DNA of 62,695 bases from Macrostomum lignano (Eukaryota). Each line of letters begins with the position of its first letter. The stretch's first letter is position 1. The position numbers and the translations under genes were made by a program. The DNA is taken from NCBI GenBank assembly GCA_002269645.1, contig NIVC01004054.1, positions 1 to 62,695 on the forward strand, read 5' to 3'. Positions 49,401 to 61,505 of this stretch are shown piece after piece. The notes beneath the pieces were generated by a model that saw only the letters and a list, made by a program, of their open reading frames with translations, was not told the origin of the DNA and did not search any database.

Positions 49401-52400
49401 GTTCCCTCCCGGTTCCCTCCCGGTTCCCTCCCGGTTCCCTCCCGGTTCCCTCCCGGTTCCCTCCCGGTTCCCTCCCGGTTCCCTCCCGGTTCCCTCCCGG
49501 TTCCCTCCCGGTTCCCTCCCGGTTCCCTCCAGGTTCCCTCCAGGTTCCCTCCCGGTTCCCTCCAGGTTCCCTCCAGGTTCCCTCCAGGTTCCCTCCAGGT
49601 TCCCTCCCGGTTCCCTCCCGGTTCCCTCCCGGTTCCCTCACGGTTCCCTCCCGGTTCCCTCCCGGTTCCCTCCCGGTTCCCTCCAGGTTCCCTCCCGGTT
49701 CCCTCACGGTTCCCTCACGGTTCCCTCACGGTTCCCTCCCGGTTCCCTCCCGGTTCCCTCCCGGTTCCCTCCCGGTTCCCTCCCGGTTCCCTCCCGGTTC
49801 CCTCCCGGTTCCCTCCCGGTTCCCTCCCGGTTCCCTCCCGGTTCCCTCCCGGTTCCCTCCCGGTTCCCTCCCGGTTCCCTCCCGGTTCCCTCCCGGTTCC
49901 CTCCCGGTTCCCTCCCGGTTCCCTCCCGGTTCCCTCCCGGTTCCCTCCCGGTTCCCTCCCGGTTCCCTCCCGGTTCCCTCCCGGTTCCCTCCCGGTTCCC
50001 TCCCGGTTCCCTCCCGGTTCCCTCCCGGTTCCCTCCCGGTTCCCTCCCGGTTCCCTCCCGGTTCCCTCCCGGTTCCCTCCCGGTTCCCTCCAGGTTCCCT
50101 CCCGGTTCCCTCCCGGTTCCCTCCCGGTTCCCTCCCGATTCCCTCCCGATTCCCTCCCGGTTCCCTCCCGGTTCCCTCCCGGTTCCCTCCAGGTTCCCTC
50201 CCGGTTCCCTCCAGGTTCCCTCCAGGTTCCCTCCAGGTTCCCTCCAGGTTCCCTCCAGGTTCCCTCCCGGTTCCCTCCCGGTTCCCTCACGGTTCCCTCA
50301 CGGTTCCCTCCCGGTTCCCTCCCGGTTCCCTCCCGGTTCCCTCCCGGTTCACTCCCGGTTCCCTCACGGTTCCCTCACGGTTCCCTCCCGGTTCCCTCCC
50401 GGTTCCCTCCCGGTTCCCTCCCGGTTCCCTCCCGGTTCACTCCCGGTTCCCTCCCGGTTCCCTCCCGGTTCCCTCCAGGTTCCCTCCCGGTTCCCTCCCG
50501 GTTCCCTCCCGATTCCCTCCCGGTTCCCTCCCGGTTCCCTCCCGGTTCCCTCCAGGTTCCCTCCCGGTTAACTCCAGGTTCCCTCCAGGTTCCCTCCAGG
50601 TTCCCTCCAGGTTCCCTCCCGGTTCCCTCCCGGTTCCCTCCCGGTTCCCTCCCGGTTCCCTCACGGTTCCCTCCCGGTTCCCTCCCGGTTCCCTCCCGGT
50701 TCCCTCCCGGTTCACTCCCGGTTTCCTCCCGGTTCCCTCCCGGTTCCCTCCCGGTTCCCTCCAGGTTCCCTCCAGGTTCCCTCCAGGTTCCCTCCCGGTT
50801 CCCTCCCGGTTCCCTCACGGTTCCCTCACGGTTCCCTCCCGGTTCCCTCCCGGTTCCCTCCCGGTTCCCTCCCGGTTCCCTCCCGGTTCCCTCCCGGTTC
50901 CCTCCCGGTTCCCTCCCGGTTCCCTCCCGGTTCCCTCCCGGTTCCCTCCCGGTTCCCTCCAGGTTCCCTCCGGTTCCCTCCCGGTTCCCTCCCGGTTCCC
51001 TCCCGATTCCCTCCCGATTCCCTCCCGATTCCCTCCCGGTTCCCTCCCGGTTCCCTCCCGGTTCCCTCCCGGTTCCCTCCAGGTTCCCTCCCGGTTCCCT
51101 CCCGGTTCCCTCCCGGTTCCCTCCCGGTTCCCTCCCGGTTCCCTCCCGGTTCCCTCCCGGTTCCCTCCCGGTTCCCTCCCGGTTCCCTCCAGGTTCCCTC
51201 CCGGTTCCCTCCCGGTTCCCTCCCGGTTCCCTCCCGATTCCCTCCCGATTCCCTCCCGGTTCCCTCCCGGTTCCCTCCCGGTTCCCTCCAGGTTCCCTCC
51301 CGGTTCCCTCCAGGTTCCCTCCAGGTTCCCTCCAGGTTCCCTCCAGGTTCCCTCCAGGTTCCCTCCCGGTTCCCTCCCGGTTCCCTCACGGTTCCCTCAC
51401 GGTTCCCTCCCGGTTCCCTCCCGGTTCCCTCCCGGTTCACTCCCGGTTCACTCCCGGTTCCCTCCCGGTTCCCTCCCGGTTCCCTCCCGGTTCCCTCCCG
51501 GTTCCCTCCAGGTTCCCTCCCGGTTCCCTCCCGATTCCCTCCCGGTTCCCTCCCGGTTCCCTCCCGGTTCCCTCCCGGTTCCCTCCCGATTCCCTCCCGG
51601 TTCCCTCCCGGTTCCCTCCAGGTTCCCTCCCGGTTCCCTCCCGGTTCCCTCCCGGTTCCCTCCAGGTTCCCTCCAGGTTCCCTCCAGGTTCCCTCCCGGT
51701 TCCCTCCCGATTCCCTCCCGATTCCCTCCCGGTTCCCTCCCGGTTCCCTCCCGGTTCCCTCCAGGTTCCCTCCCGGTTCCCTCCAGGTTCCCTCCAGGTT
51801 CCCTCCAGGTTCCCTCCAGGTTCCCTCCCGGTTCCCTCCCGGTTCCCTCCCGGTTCCCTCCCGGTTCCCTCACGGTTCCCTCCCGGTTCCCTCCCGGTTC
51901 CCTCCCGGTTCACTCCCGGTTTCCTCCCGGTTCCCTCCCGGTTCCCTCCCGGTTCCCTCCAGGTTCCCTCCCGGTTCCCTCCCGGTTCCCTCCCGGTTCC
52001 CTCCCGGTTCCCTCCCGATTCCCTCCCGGTTCCCTCCCGGTTCCCTCCCGGTTCCCTCCCGATTCCCTCCCGGTTCCCTCCCGGTTCCCTCCCGGTTCCC
52101 TCCCGGTTCCCTCCCGGTTCCCTCCAGGTTCCCTCCCGGTTCCCTCCAGGTTCCCTCCCGGTTCCCTCCCGATTCCCTCCCGGTTCCCTCCCGGTTCCCT
52201 CCAGGTTCCCTCCCGGTTCCCTCCAGGTTCCCTCCAGGTTCCCTCCCGGTTCCCTCCAGGTTCCCTCCCGGTTCCCTCCCGGTTCCCTCACGGTTCCCTC
52301 CCGGTTCCCTCCCGGTTCCCTCCCGGTTCCCTCCCGGTTCACTCCCGGTTTCCTCCCGGTTCCCTCCCGGTTCCCTCCCGGTTCCCTCCAGGTTCCCTCC

Positions 52401-53675
52401 CGGTTCCCTCCCGGTTCCCTCCAGGTTCCCTCCCGGTTCCCTCCCGATTCCCTCCCGGTTCAATTGGGAATTCGGTTTATGCCGTTGGGAACTGTAATTA
52501 GTGGACAATATTAATCATTGAAAGTGATTACAGAATCTAAATTTCATGGCGTCACAATGTCTGGATCTCTTTGCCATGACACAGGTGTTTTTTCACCCGT
52601 CAATCAGGCCATTGTTTGGAACTATCGACTTCAATTCAAAATCGGAAGCAAAAATCAGAAAGACAGTAAAATTTCGATCGCTGAAAACATTTTTTCTGAA
52701 AAACTTGAATTGCAATTCTGCACTCAAGAACCGACGTGCGGCACCTGGGTTACTGAGGACGATGAAACAAACAATGATTTCTTTAATTTCCTGATCATTA
52801 GGGAAAGCAGACAAGGGAATTTCAAATTCAGGTGGCAATCTCCAATATTGCTAGCTGACAATGTCCTGCCCTTAATGAGATGACCGCTAATAATGAGAGT
52901 GCGTGCTCACATAGGAAATCACAACAATAGCTAGCAGGCAACTTCATTTTGAAAAATTAGTTTCGCGTTGCGTGGTGACCTACAAATCGACTAGTACATG
53001 TTTTTACATGCGTATTTTTATAATTTCGCAAGCCCAAAAAATGCCCTGTTTCCTTTTTTCCTATCATGATAAACACCAGCGCTGTTGGGTGTTGGCTATA
53101 AAATCTGTGCTAGTGGGGTGTTGGCTATAGAATCTGTGCTAGTGGGGTGTTGGCTATAAAATCTGTGCAAGTGGGGTGTTGGCTATAAAATCTGTGCTAG
53201 TGGGGTGTTGGCTATAAAATCTGTGCTAGTGGGGTGTTGGCAATAAAATCTGTGCTAGTGGGGTGTTGGTTATAAAATCTGTGCTAGTGGGGTGTTGGCT
53301 ATAAAATCTGTGCTAGTGGGGTGTTGGCTATAAAATCTGTGCTAGTGGGGTGTTGGCAATAAAATCTGTGCTAGTGGGGTGTTGGCAATAAAACCTGTGC
53401 TAGTGGGATGTTGGCAATAAAACCTGTGCTAGTGGGGCTATAAAATCCGATTTAGAGGTTGGCTGTAATTTTTTTCATTTAAGCCAATTCAATTTAAACT
53501 CGCAGGCAACACTTGGCGTGTGCTGCTCATCATCCTCTGCGTTCTGCTCATCGCCACTCCCATTGTCGCAGTGTTTGCTGTTCAGAGGCTTCAGCAGCAG
53601 CGCTACGCCTCAGCCTCGCTTAACGATGCGGCGGCCAGAGTGCCTCTGGATGACAAGAGTGGAGCCAGCATCTGA
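40494..53675 (+). CDS. Predicted single-pass membrane protein with two 8-Cys modules, Ser/Thr stalk, TM helix and short tail (5' exon not found)
   Basis: Exon A 40494-40780 (cag|...ATC G|gtcagg), exon B 48419-48718 (gcag|GC...TCC G|gtttgt), exon C 53506-53675 (cgcag|GC AAC ACT TGG...TGA). Both junctions are phase 1 and in frame. A and B share Cys spacing. C encodes [21 protein letters not shown] followed by QRLQQQRY. Confidence 0.7.
40780..42257. repeat. 15-nt purine-rich satellite starting at the exon A donor
   Basis: Unit gggtcaggagagagt, with a recurring ggatcaggatcgaggagt higher-order marker. Confidence 0.97.
42960..43580. repeat. ~40-nt repeat interrupted by a SINE-A insertion
   Basis: gggtctgggccatagacattagcttatctaagccaaagacac units on both sides of the SINE. 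Confidence 0.85.
43074..43436 (-). mobile_element. tRNA-derived SINE family A, copy with TSD
   Basis: Minus-strand head GGGGCCGTAGCCCAGCGGTCTAG...GGCTCGATTCC (A and B boxes), A7 tail, and a 12-bp TSD GGTCTGGACCAT (43062-43073 and 43437-43448). Confidence 0.8.
44212..47280. repeat. Two abutting satellites: ~17-nt gatagcaagcaccccca (44212-45478) and ~23-nt tttgacatggtggctctttaatg (45485-47280)
   Basis: Direct inspection. Confidence 0.95.
47325..47392 (-). mobile_element. Degenerate tRNA(Gly-like)/SINE head
   Basis: Intact T-arm ctgggttcgaatcttag and a CTGCCAA loop; the other stems are imperfect, so it is not a functional tRNA. Confidence 0.5.
47690..47870 (+). mobile_element. Possible non-autonomous Helitron/Helentron (Lep1/DINE-like) 3' end
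   Basis: caagtttgaagaaaatcggttgagcc...acatacagacaactc..tttagtatatagga resembles the 3' signature of these elements. Recognised from memory of the pattern only. Confidence 0.35.
48757..52460. repeat. 11-nt satellite (ccggttccctc)n, 3.7 kb
   Basis: ~335 units; accounts for all the 1250-aa [11 protein letters not shown]-type ORFs. Confidence 0.99.
53085..53440. repeat. 29-nt minisatellite before exon C
   Basis: Unit gtggggtgttggctataaaatctgtgcta. Confidence 0.94.
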
Positions 53676-53824
53676 TTGTCGAGGCAAAGCGAGCTCCATC
53701 AACTCTACGGCAAAAGATGTATTTTTTCTTATCAATTTGCACAGACTGCATGTATGGTTTTGTACTGAAGCATGTGCTGAAATGAGAATAAAACACAACA
53801 GATGCTACTGTAATGCCACATAAT

Positions 53825-54122
53825 ATTAATAATAATATAATTTTTGATTACGCTTGCTCTAATGGGCAGTTGTGCAACCGACAGCTCAGCCGCAGCTATT
53901 GCGCGGCGCATCTGAAGGCTGCGTACGGCTGTTTAGTCAAAAGACTTGGGGGGTCGCCACACATATCCTCAATTACCTCAGCTAATCCTGGTACCCATTT
54001 TACAGCTGGGTGAACTGAACAGTTGTGTCTTGCTCAGGGGCACAAATTGTTTCGAGTGGGTCGAGAATCGAACCCCGACCGTTCAGTCGTGATTCCGACG
54101 CTCTGACCACTCGGCTACAAGC
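53825..54122 (-). mobile_element. tRNA-derived SINE family B, second copy
   Basis: Reverse complement aligns along its length to 14257-14555 (gtagccgagtggtcagagcg...ggttcgattc...cacccagctgtaaaatgggtacc...cagatgcgccgc..aatagctgcgg), with an AT-rich tail. Confidence 0.78.
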
Positions 54123-54364
54123 AGTATACAAGGCGTAGCTGAAGGGCAGGCAAGGTGGCCGTAGAACCCTAACCTAAAATTTATGTTTATGTGAAACAGC
54201 TTATATAGCTAGTATCTGCTTTTCAAAAATTTCGATTGCGAAAATGCTACTATCAGTAGCAAGTAGTGAAATTTTGTTCGCGTGAGCAGAATAATTAATT
54301 AATAATTGAAACAGGATTATCGAATAGTTAGAGCTAGATAAATTTAAATTTTAACTATTTTACC

Positions 54365-54770
54365 AAGCTGTCTCATTGTGTAACAGCTCATCCATCTCAT
54401 CTCCCCAACTGTCTCATTGTGTAACAGCTCATCCATCTCATCTCCCCAGTATCAGCTCATCTATCTCATCTCCCCAGTATCAGCTCTTCTATCTCATCTC
54501 CCCAGTATCAGCTCATCTATCTCATCTCCCCAGTATCAGCTCATCCATCTCATCTCCCCAGTATCAGCTCATCCATCTCATCTCCCCAGTATCAGTTCAT
54601 CTATCTCATCTCCCCAGTATCAGCTCATCCATCTCATCTCCCCAGCTGTCTCATTGTGTATCAGCTCATCCATCTCATCTCCCCAGTATCAGTTCATCTA
54701 TCTCATCTCCCCAGTATCAGCTCATCCATCTCATCTCCCCAGCTGTCTCATTGTGTATCAGCTCATCAAT
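54365..54770. repeat. 28-nt minisatellite
   Basis: Unit cagtatcagctcatccatctcatctccc. Confidence 0.92.
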
Positions 54771-56246
54771 CTTATCTCCCTAACTGTCTCAATTTATCCT
54801 GACAGCTCATCTATCCTGACAGAAAGAACAGATTCTGTCAGACTCCCTTGGAGAATCAAACATCCGGGTAAGCGGGCCTCATCCGTGAACAGGACCAGCA
54901 ACTTTCTTGCAGAAGCTGGGAGAGAAGTTCTGGCAGCAGCTGGCAGAAATTAGAGGGCAGAGTTACTCTACAACAGTAGTTATGCGAACGTAATCGCAAG
55001 AATCCAGATATACAAACAGGCGAGAGTCAGTCAAAGCTACAGGCCGAAAAATCGATTTAAAAAAGAAAGGATAGAAAAACTGCGTCTCTCAAGGAGTGTA
55101 CGAAAATTATAGAAACTGACTCTCAGTCGGATTTTCAGCCTTGCCATCTGAGTGGCATAACTGAACTGAGCTGAAGATAATTGACGCGTGCCAACAAGGA
55201 ACAACAAGGGCGTTGAGAAGAAATAATAAATAACAGATGTGATTCTTGGCCTGCAGAGGGTGCGCGTCTGCCTTCACGGGGGTAATAACCGTAAACTATT
55301 GCGACACCGCGAGCAGAGCACAAATTGGAGGTTTAAAAGCTAGCCATCCCGCGACAACCCCCAACGCAGACGCCACCCTGCCACCCCTAACACACTTTGT
55401 ACGCTCTGCCCACAAAGCACACCTATGAGTGAAGGTAGCTGCAATGCTGACCAGTAGCCGTTGAGTTGCAGTGTTAATTCCGCTGAATAGCAATTTCGAA
55501 GGGACAAATTTGAGTATTGATCTCGATCAATTCCACCAACTAGCGATATTAACAAAGTCAACACAGGCAGACGTGACGTGCATCATAGTGACGGCAGTGA
55601 CGCCTGCAGCCTGATGCTTCTGTGCGCTGGAGGAAATAACGAAGCTGCATGTCTGGAGCGATGATGCCAGTGCAAATAGTTTAGAAAAAGCTTGCAAAAC
55701 GAGCGATTGTTAATAGGATCGATGTTATCTGGTCACGACAAGCAGTCACGCTGATGCGACCGGCCCAGTGCGAGCCGCCGGTATGGCAGGACAACCCGGC
55801 ACTCGGCAAGCGACCCAGTGGGACAACTAAGTGGGGCGTACAGTGGGCGGTGTGCACACTTGCGACTGCCTGTTGAGAGCAGTCGGTAAATATTTTTATT
55901 TTCAATTTACAATGAATTATGATCTGATTTTTGATGAAAAGCGTGATTCTGTACTCGTAATACTTTATTTAGCCTTAATAAGAACCATTCTTCCATCCCA
56001 ATCGAGGCCGCCCGGTGATCGTCCGGCAATTTAACTTTGGCATGTTTTATGTTCAAGCAGCTTAATTTAATAGCTCTGCTTGTTCAGCTTAGCGGGAGAA
56101 CCATTTTTATCCCAATATTAGGTTAGGTTGGAGTAGAGCTGAAAGCCCCGGAGACCAACTTTTTGTGTTGGCAGTCGAAAGAAGATTAGAAACATCAAAT
56201 TGACAATAAATATGAAATATTTGCGCTTCTGTCATGAATGTGTTAT

Positions 56247-57027
56247 TGTGACTTGAGTGCACTATTCTACGCCGGGCCAGTCTGGCGGCCTCTCCCCCTC
56301 CTCAGATATTTTCTGACTCACCACCTTCACTTCTCTCTCTGCCTAGGCCTTGTCTGTTTATTCACCCCCATTCTTTGCGTGCGACCCCACCCCATTCTTT
56401 TGTAAGCCTAGCTGCCCCGCCCTGTAGTTTGTGATTGGCTGCCAGTCCCAGTCTGCCGTGCTGCGCTCTCGGCGATTAGCTGGCACTTCTCATTTTGGTC
56501 CATGTCGTTTTCTAAACTCCTGTTGCCGCCTTCATCCCGCGCCCTCGACCCAGTTTGCTGCCTATAAATTCAGACCCCGTGAGACCCCATTTCCGTCGTT
56601 CTCGTCGCTCCCGGTGATTGTTGCCAGTGTTGGTTGCTATTACACTAAATTGTCCTTAATTGTCTAATTGTTCTAAATAAATAGAAATACAAATAGAGAT
56701 ACAAGAAGACCCACCGCTCTGTCGGCGTTGTTTCCGGGTTGAACGACCGAAATCGCGGCTGGTAAGCCTTCCACCTTGCAAGTCATTTGGGGTCTGCATC
56801 TGTACTAGGCACCTTAGAGGGATTAAGTGCGTCGTACGCCGGTCCCACCCAAGCAGCTTTGCGTCGTACGCGAGACTGTAGGCTATCGTGCGTCGCACGC
56901 TCGTGCAGCCTGGTCCCGACGGACACCGCGTCGTACGCGTGTCAGTGGAGGACCGCAGCCAGGGTTAGTACGCGAACCCGGGTCTGGAAAGGGGCACGAA
57001 GGGACCGAGCCCGTGAGCCCCATCACA
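56247..57027 (+). mobile_element. Second LTR-like cassette (boundaries uncertain)
   Basis: TGTGA...TCACA termini, with CCCGCCC, ATTGG, CTATAAAT and AATAAA in LTR order. No matching TSD found. Confidence 0.45.
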
Positions 57028-58329
57028 AAACTTCTATAAGCTTTGTCTTGCTTTGCCATCTATTTTGAATTGCTGCTCAACCTGCTGGCTTAAAATGCCC
57101 CTTAGAAGTAGAGTTACGGACTCCTCACTGGGTGAAACTAATGTCTGCAATGCTCGACCTCATGCTGTTGGCCAGAAACCCATGATCGATCTGAAAAATG
57201 CTGCAGCAACTGTTACAGCTTTGAGTTGGTGTCCACTAGAATAACAGAATAATTTTTATACCTGGATGGCGCTGTGCAGCTGGGATATTTCTAAGCAGAG
57301 CAAAACTAGTTACTGATTTTTTAGATATTTTGTTTTGGCAACGCTGTTTTAACCTGGAATTTAAACCCGCAGAATTTGGAACCCTGTATCTATTTTGCTT
57401 CTTAGATTTAAAGAAATCGAACAAAAACTTATTTAAATAGTGATGATAGAAGTTAGTAAAAATTAGGATTACCATTTCGATTCCTTTGGTTTATTTCAGC
57501 AGGATTGTATTGCCTCTACTTTTCTCTACTTCTCTTTCATCTGTCCTCTCTCCATCCATCTATTAACTATTCCTCACACTCCCTTCCATCTGTCTACTCT
57601 CCCTCTCTCCCTTTGTTCATTCTGTCCTCCCTCCCTCCCTTCTATCTGTCTACTTTCACTCTGTTATCCCTGTCTTCCTCTTCTGCTGTACCCTCTCTCC
57701 ATCATCCTCTCTTGCCTCTGCCCTGCCTCCCTTCCATCTGTCCTCTGCTGCTCTCTCTCTCTGCCTTGTCTACCGCTTTTTCTTTGACTTTTTTGACTTT
57801 GAAACTTGAAAATTTACAGGTAATGTTAGGAAATAGTTAAAGGTGTTAGTGTAAAATTTGAATAGGATTGGTTGAAGGTTTGAAGACTTGAATTTAGGAA
57901 GTTTTAAGGTAACCTTAAGTCTTTTCCATAGTGAATTTAGTGTGGGTGTAAATTTTAATGAAGTTTGTAATGTTTGTAAGTTTCTAACTCACAGTGTAAT
58001 GTGAAACTATACATTTGCTAAAAATATCAACCCTTTCGTTTCAGAGGACACCCAAATCAGATTGATATAAGCAGATAGAATCGTTCATCATTGTAAATGC
58101 AAGACAGGACAAGCATGCAAAACAGCGTGGGGCGTCGTTGTTGAAAGGCTAAACTTTGTACTTAAAACGTAAAAAATATAGTAACTGTAACATTCACATG
58201 GGTATTAATGGTATAATAAGTATATTTAGGAACGAGTTATTAAATTAAATTAAAGAGCTGGAGAGACTTCGTTTGAGAAGGCGACCAACCTGCGAAGCAG
58301 AGGAGGTCTTGGGTCGCGTGGCCTGGTCT

Positions 58330-59520
58330 GCCATCAGCGCTTACTTGGGCGAAAGCGGCGCATTCTGCTAAATCTGGCAGGCGACTCTAAGGACGAGCGC
58401 AGCAATGAGCTGCATGAGTTTTTCGACGCCAATGTTAACGCACCGCCACTTCTCTGCCAGACGATCTGACGCTGCCGCCGGAGATGCCGTTGCTGGAAGA
58501 GGAGAGCTTCAGCGTTGCACCAGTCAACACAGCCGACGCTGTGTGGCTCCACCAACAGTCACCGGGCGGGAAAAAGCTGTGACCGGACAAGTTGCATTGA
58601 GGCATTGCTCATACAACCCTGGCCATTGAGAAGGCACCTAAAGAGTGGACCACGGCACACATTTTCGCTATTCCAAAGAAGCCAGGCACCACAGGGCTAG
58701 AGAAGCACTGAGGCATCTGCCTTCAGTCTTTCGCTGCGAAGCTGTTTAATCGGCTGCTGCTATCGCGGTTGCTGCAGGTGCTGGATCCGTACCTACGTCT
58801 TGAGCAGGTCAGCTTCCGGCTCCATCGCGGCACTGTGACGCAGATCCTAGCTCTTCGTCGAGTCATCGAGGAGACGCGGATATGCCAGACGATCCTGATT
58901 GTTATCTTCATAGATTTCAAAAAGGTATTCGACTCGCTCGTCAGGTCCATACTCCCAGAGGTGCTCCGTGCGAACACAGTGTCAGAGTAGCTTGTCTACG
59001 CCATCACGGCAATGTGTACCGTGATACAAAAGCTGTTGTTTCAACACCGGAAGGTCTATCTGACTGCTCCAGAGAGACTCGCGCCGCTGCGGATTGCTCT
59101 TCATACCAACGACGACGGCTTTCTGCTACTGCACGGCTTTCTGCTTCGGTCAGCGACAACCGGAGAGGCGGCTCAGCGTGTTGGCTTCGCCGATGATCTC
59201 GCCCTGCGGTCATTAACTGTTGAAGTCGCCCAGCGACAACTGGATAAGCTGGTTGCGTCGAGTGTCGGCCTGTTGGTCAACATGCAAAAGACCATCGTGC
59301 TCTGCTGGCCGGACGACATTGTGTCTGCAATTTTGTGCAGATGGACAGGCGACAGAGCTTCTGTGTTGTCAGCAGTTCATCTATCACCTTGGCGGTCTGG
59401 CTTCCGACATCCGCGAGAATCTGCAGCGTCGCTGCAGGCTTGCCAATAGCCTACCTAACTACCAGTGGATGGCCCTGCTCCAGGTGGTGGTCGAGACTAT
59501 CTTGTTATACATCACTGAGA
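58330..59520 (+). mobile_element. Degenerate RTE-like non-LTR retrotransposon RT remnant
   Basis: AKLFNRLLL.RL...LDPYLR.EQ..FR..RGTVTQILALRRVIEE..FIDFKKVFDS and GFADDLAL..GLLVNMQKT, broken by stops and frameshifts. Confidence 0.78.
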
Positions 59521-60493
59521 CCTGACGCAGAGCGCTTCATCTGCGCTGAGTCGCACTGCCCAGCCGGTGCGGGGAAGTCCTGCTGCTGAAGCAGCAGGTG
59601 CACCCTCCCTACCGGCGGGAACAGGCGCGCACTTGGCTTTTCGTTCACAGCCTGCTGGTGCTGGCTGACGCCGGCGTCTCGGATTTGGTCGGCGGCGTGG
59701 CCTGCATTCGCGACCTGGCCCAGAAGCGCGCCCTGTGACGCTGCCTTCTAAAGACTCTAACAGCGTATTTTGTTGTTCGTCGTTGGCAAAGTCAAATCGG
59801 CAGGAGGAAACTGCAAGGCTTAGGCTCAAGCCAGGCGGACACGAGCTGAGAAGACACAGACAGCGCATGGCGGAGAAACTTTTCTCCAACACACCCTACC
59901 CAATCGTAGAAAACAATTGACAGGTAAGCAGCAAAGTTAGAGGCAAAAGAGTCATCGAAGCGTGAAGCTTAAGCCCACGCAGGGTTGCGACTCATAGCTA
60001 CTAGACGCATCGGGGGGTGGGGGGGGGGTAAACAGTCGTCGGGACTTTTGCCGTCCCACGCTACAAGTGAAAGCTCAAGCGCCTTTGAAAAAGAAAAAAA
60101 GAAGAATTCTAGCAGTTCTCGGATTGTCTTTTATATTTCTTTGTCTGCGCAGAAACTTTTTGAATAAAATTTTTACCACCCACGTCCTACTGCCACCAAT
60201 GTAAGCGTCTATTGGTGCAGAGACAAACTGCCAACTCAACTGCCTGCTGCAACCCAGGACGGTACGTAAAACGAACAGCTCAGAGATGCTAAACGGCCTA
60301 AATAGGCAAAGCCTTCGCAAATACACAACACGAGTCAGAGCGCTGAGCTCAACTTGATAAAAAATCACATAATTCAGTGTAAAAATGCAATATTCAGGTG
60401 AGCACAATCCTGAAACATTGTCTCATGTCATTTTTCACGCAATTATCGCAAAGCCAGCTCCCTCAGCTAAGCCAATCATTCCTAACTTTCCAG

Positions 60494-61505
60494 CCGCGCT
60501 CTACTCGCCGTCCTCCTCGTCTGGCTGGCTCCTCGGCCGACCCGCTGCGACTGCCAGCGAGGTTGGCGCCGTCTGCAGACGAAGAGCTGTCTGAGCGACT
60601 CGCTGGCGCTGTGGACGAGACCCTCCGGCTCCGTCCTCGACTGCGTGCTCGAAGGAGCGCTCGAGCGCCTTCTGGTGGCCCAGTTTCGACTCGGACACTC
60701 GCCAGTGCTCGCTCTTCCAATACACCGCAGTGTGGCCACCTCATCGATGGACTCGCTGCTGCAGAGAGCTCGAAGTCCCGCCGCTGTGCCGCATTCGCCA
60801 ATGACAGAGCCGCCAAGTTCCTCACCTTGAGCAGGAAGCTCATGCTGGATGTGGGCTCGAAGCTGAGGCCGCTGGGTGATGAGCGACGATGCGGACGCCA
60901 GCAGGAGCAACTTGGTGTGCGGCCAGACGCAGCAGTGGATGTCGGAGAATGTGGAGTGGAGCAGCGAGGGAGCCAAGCTCGACGGAGTGTCGTCCAAGAT
61001 GTGGCTGGAGAACGTGGAGCTCGCGAGCGTGCAGCAGAGACTCACGTGGCTGGTCAGGCTCAGCGGACTGTCCGGAAGGAGGCAACGCTGCTCGAATCCT
61101 ACAACTGCGACTCCACGGCTTTGAACGCAGCTTTTGGGACGGCTGGACAGGCGGATGGGGCCTGTACTTCTTCAGGGTATCTTCATCTTACTTTGAGTAC
61201 TTCACACCATCTGTAACGAACTCGTTTGACGCGAATGGATTCGTTGAGGTCGGCATCAGTTCGGCGTCTCCGTCAAGCCGCGACTTCTTCTCCAACTTCG
61301 CGTTCGTGCCGCAGTCTGTTGTGAGCGCTGGTCCTCAGCGTAACGCAGCCGTGTCAACATGCCGCTGCATCCGCTTGGATTTAGACCTGCCGACTCGCGA
61401 ATGTTGAACGGCACAGTGCAGTCGGTGGCCATCATGAACGACACGATGACGGAGGCTGGATCCGCAGCTTCTTCGGCCTGGTACGCTGACCTGCCAGCCG
61501 CTCGT
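60494..61505 (+). pseudogene. Unidentified coding-like region with several apparent frameshifts
   Basis: Acceptor ctttccag at 60494. GC3-biased stretches switch frame repeatedly (e.g. ..KLMLDVGSKLRPL/VMSDDADASRSNLVC..RLSGLSG/KEATLLESYNC). No family recognised; strand is not certain. Confidence 0.35.

Noticed and set aside
48689-52514. 1270-aa and 1253-aa ORFs
   Set aside because: Translations of an 11-nt satellite; only exon B at the start has coding features.
54840-54950. VLFTDEAR motif on the minus strand resembling the first Asp of a Tc1 DDE transposase
   Set aside because: A single short motif with no other transposase blocks or TIRs.
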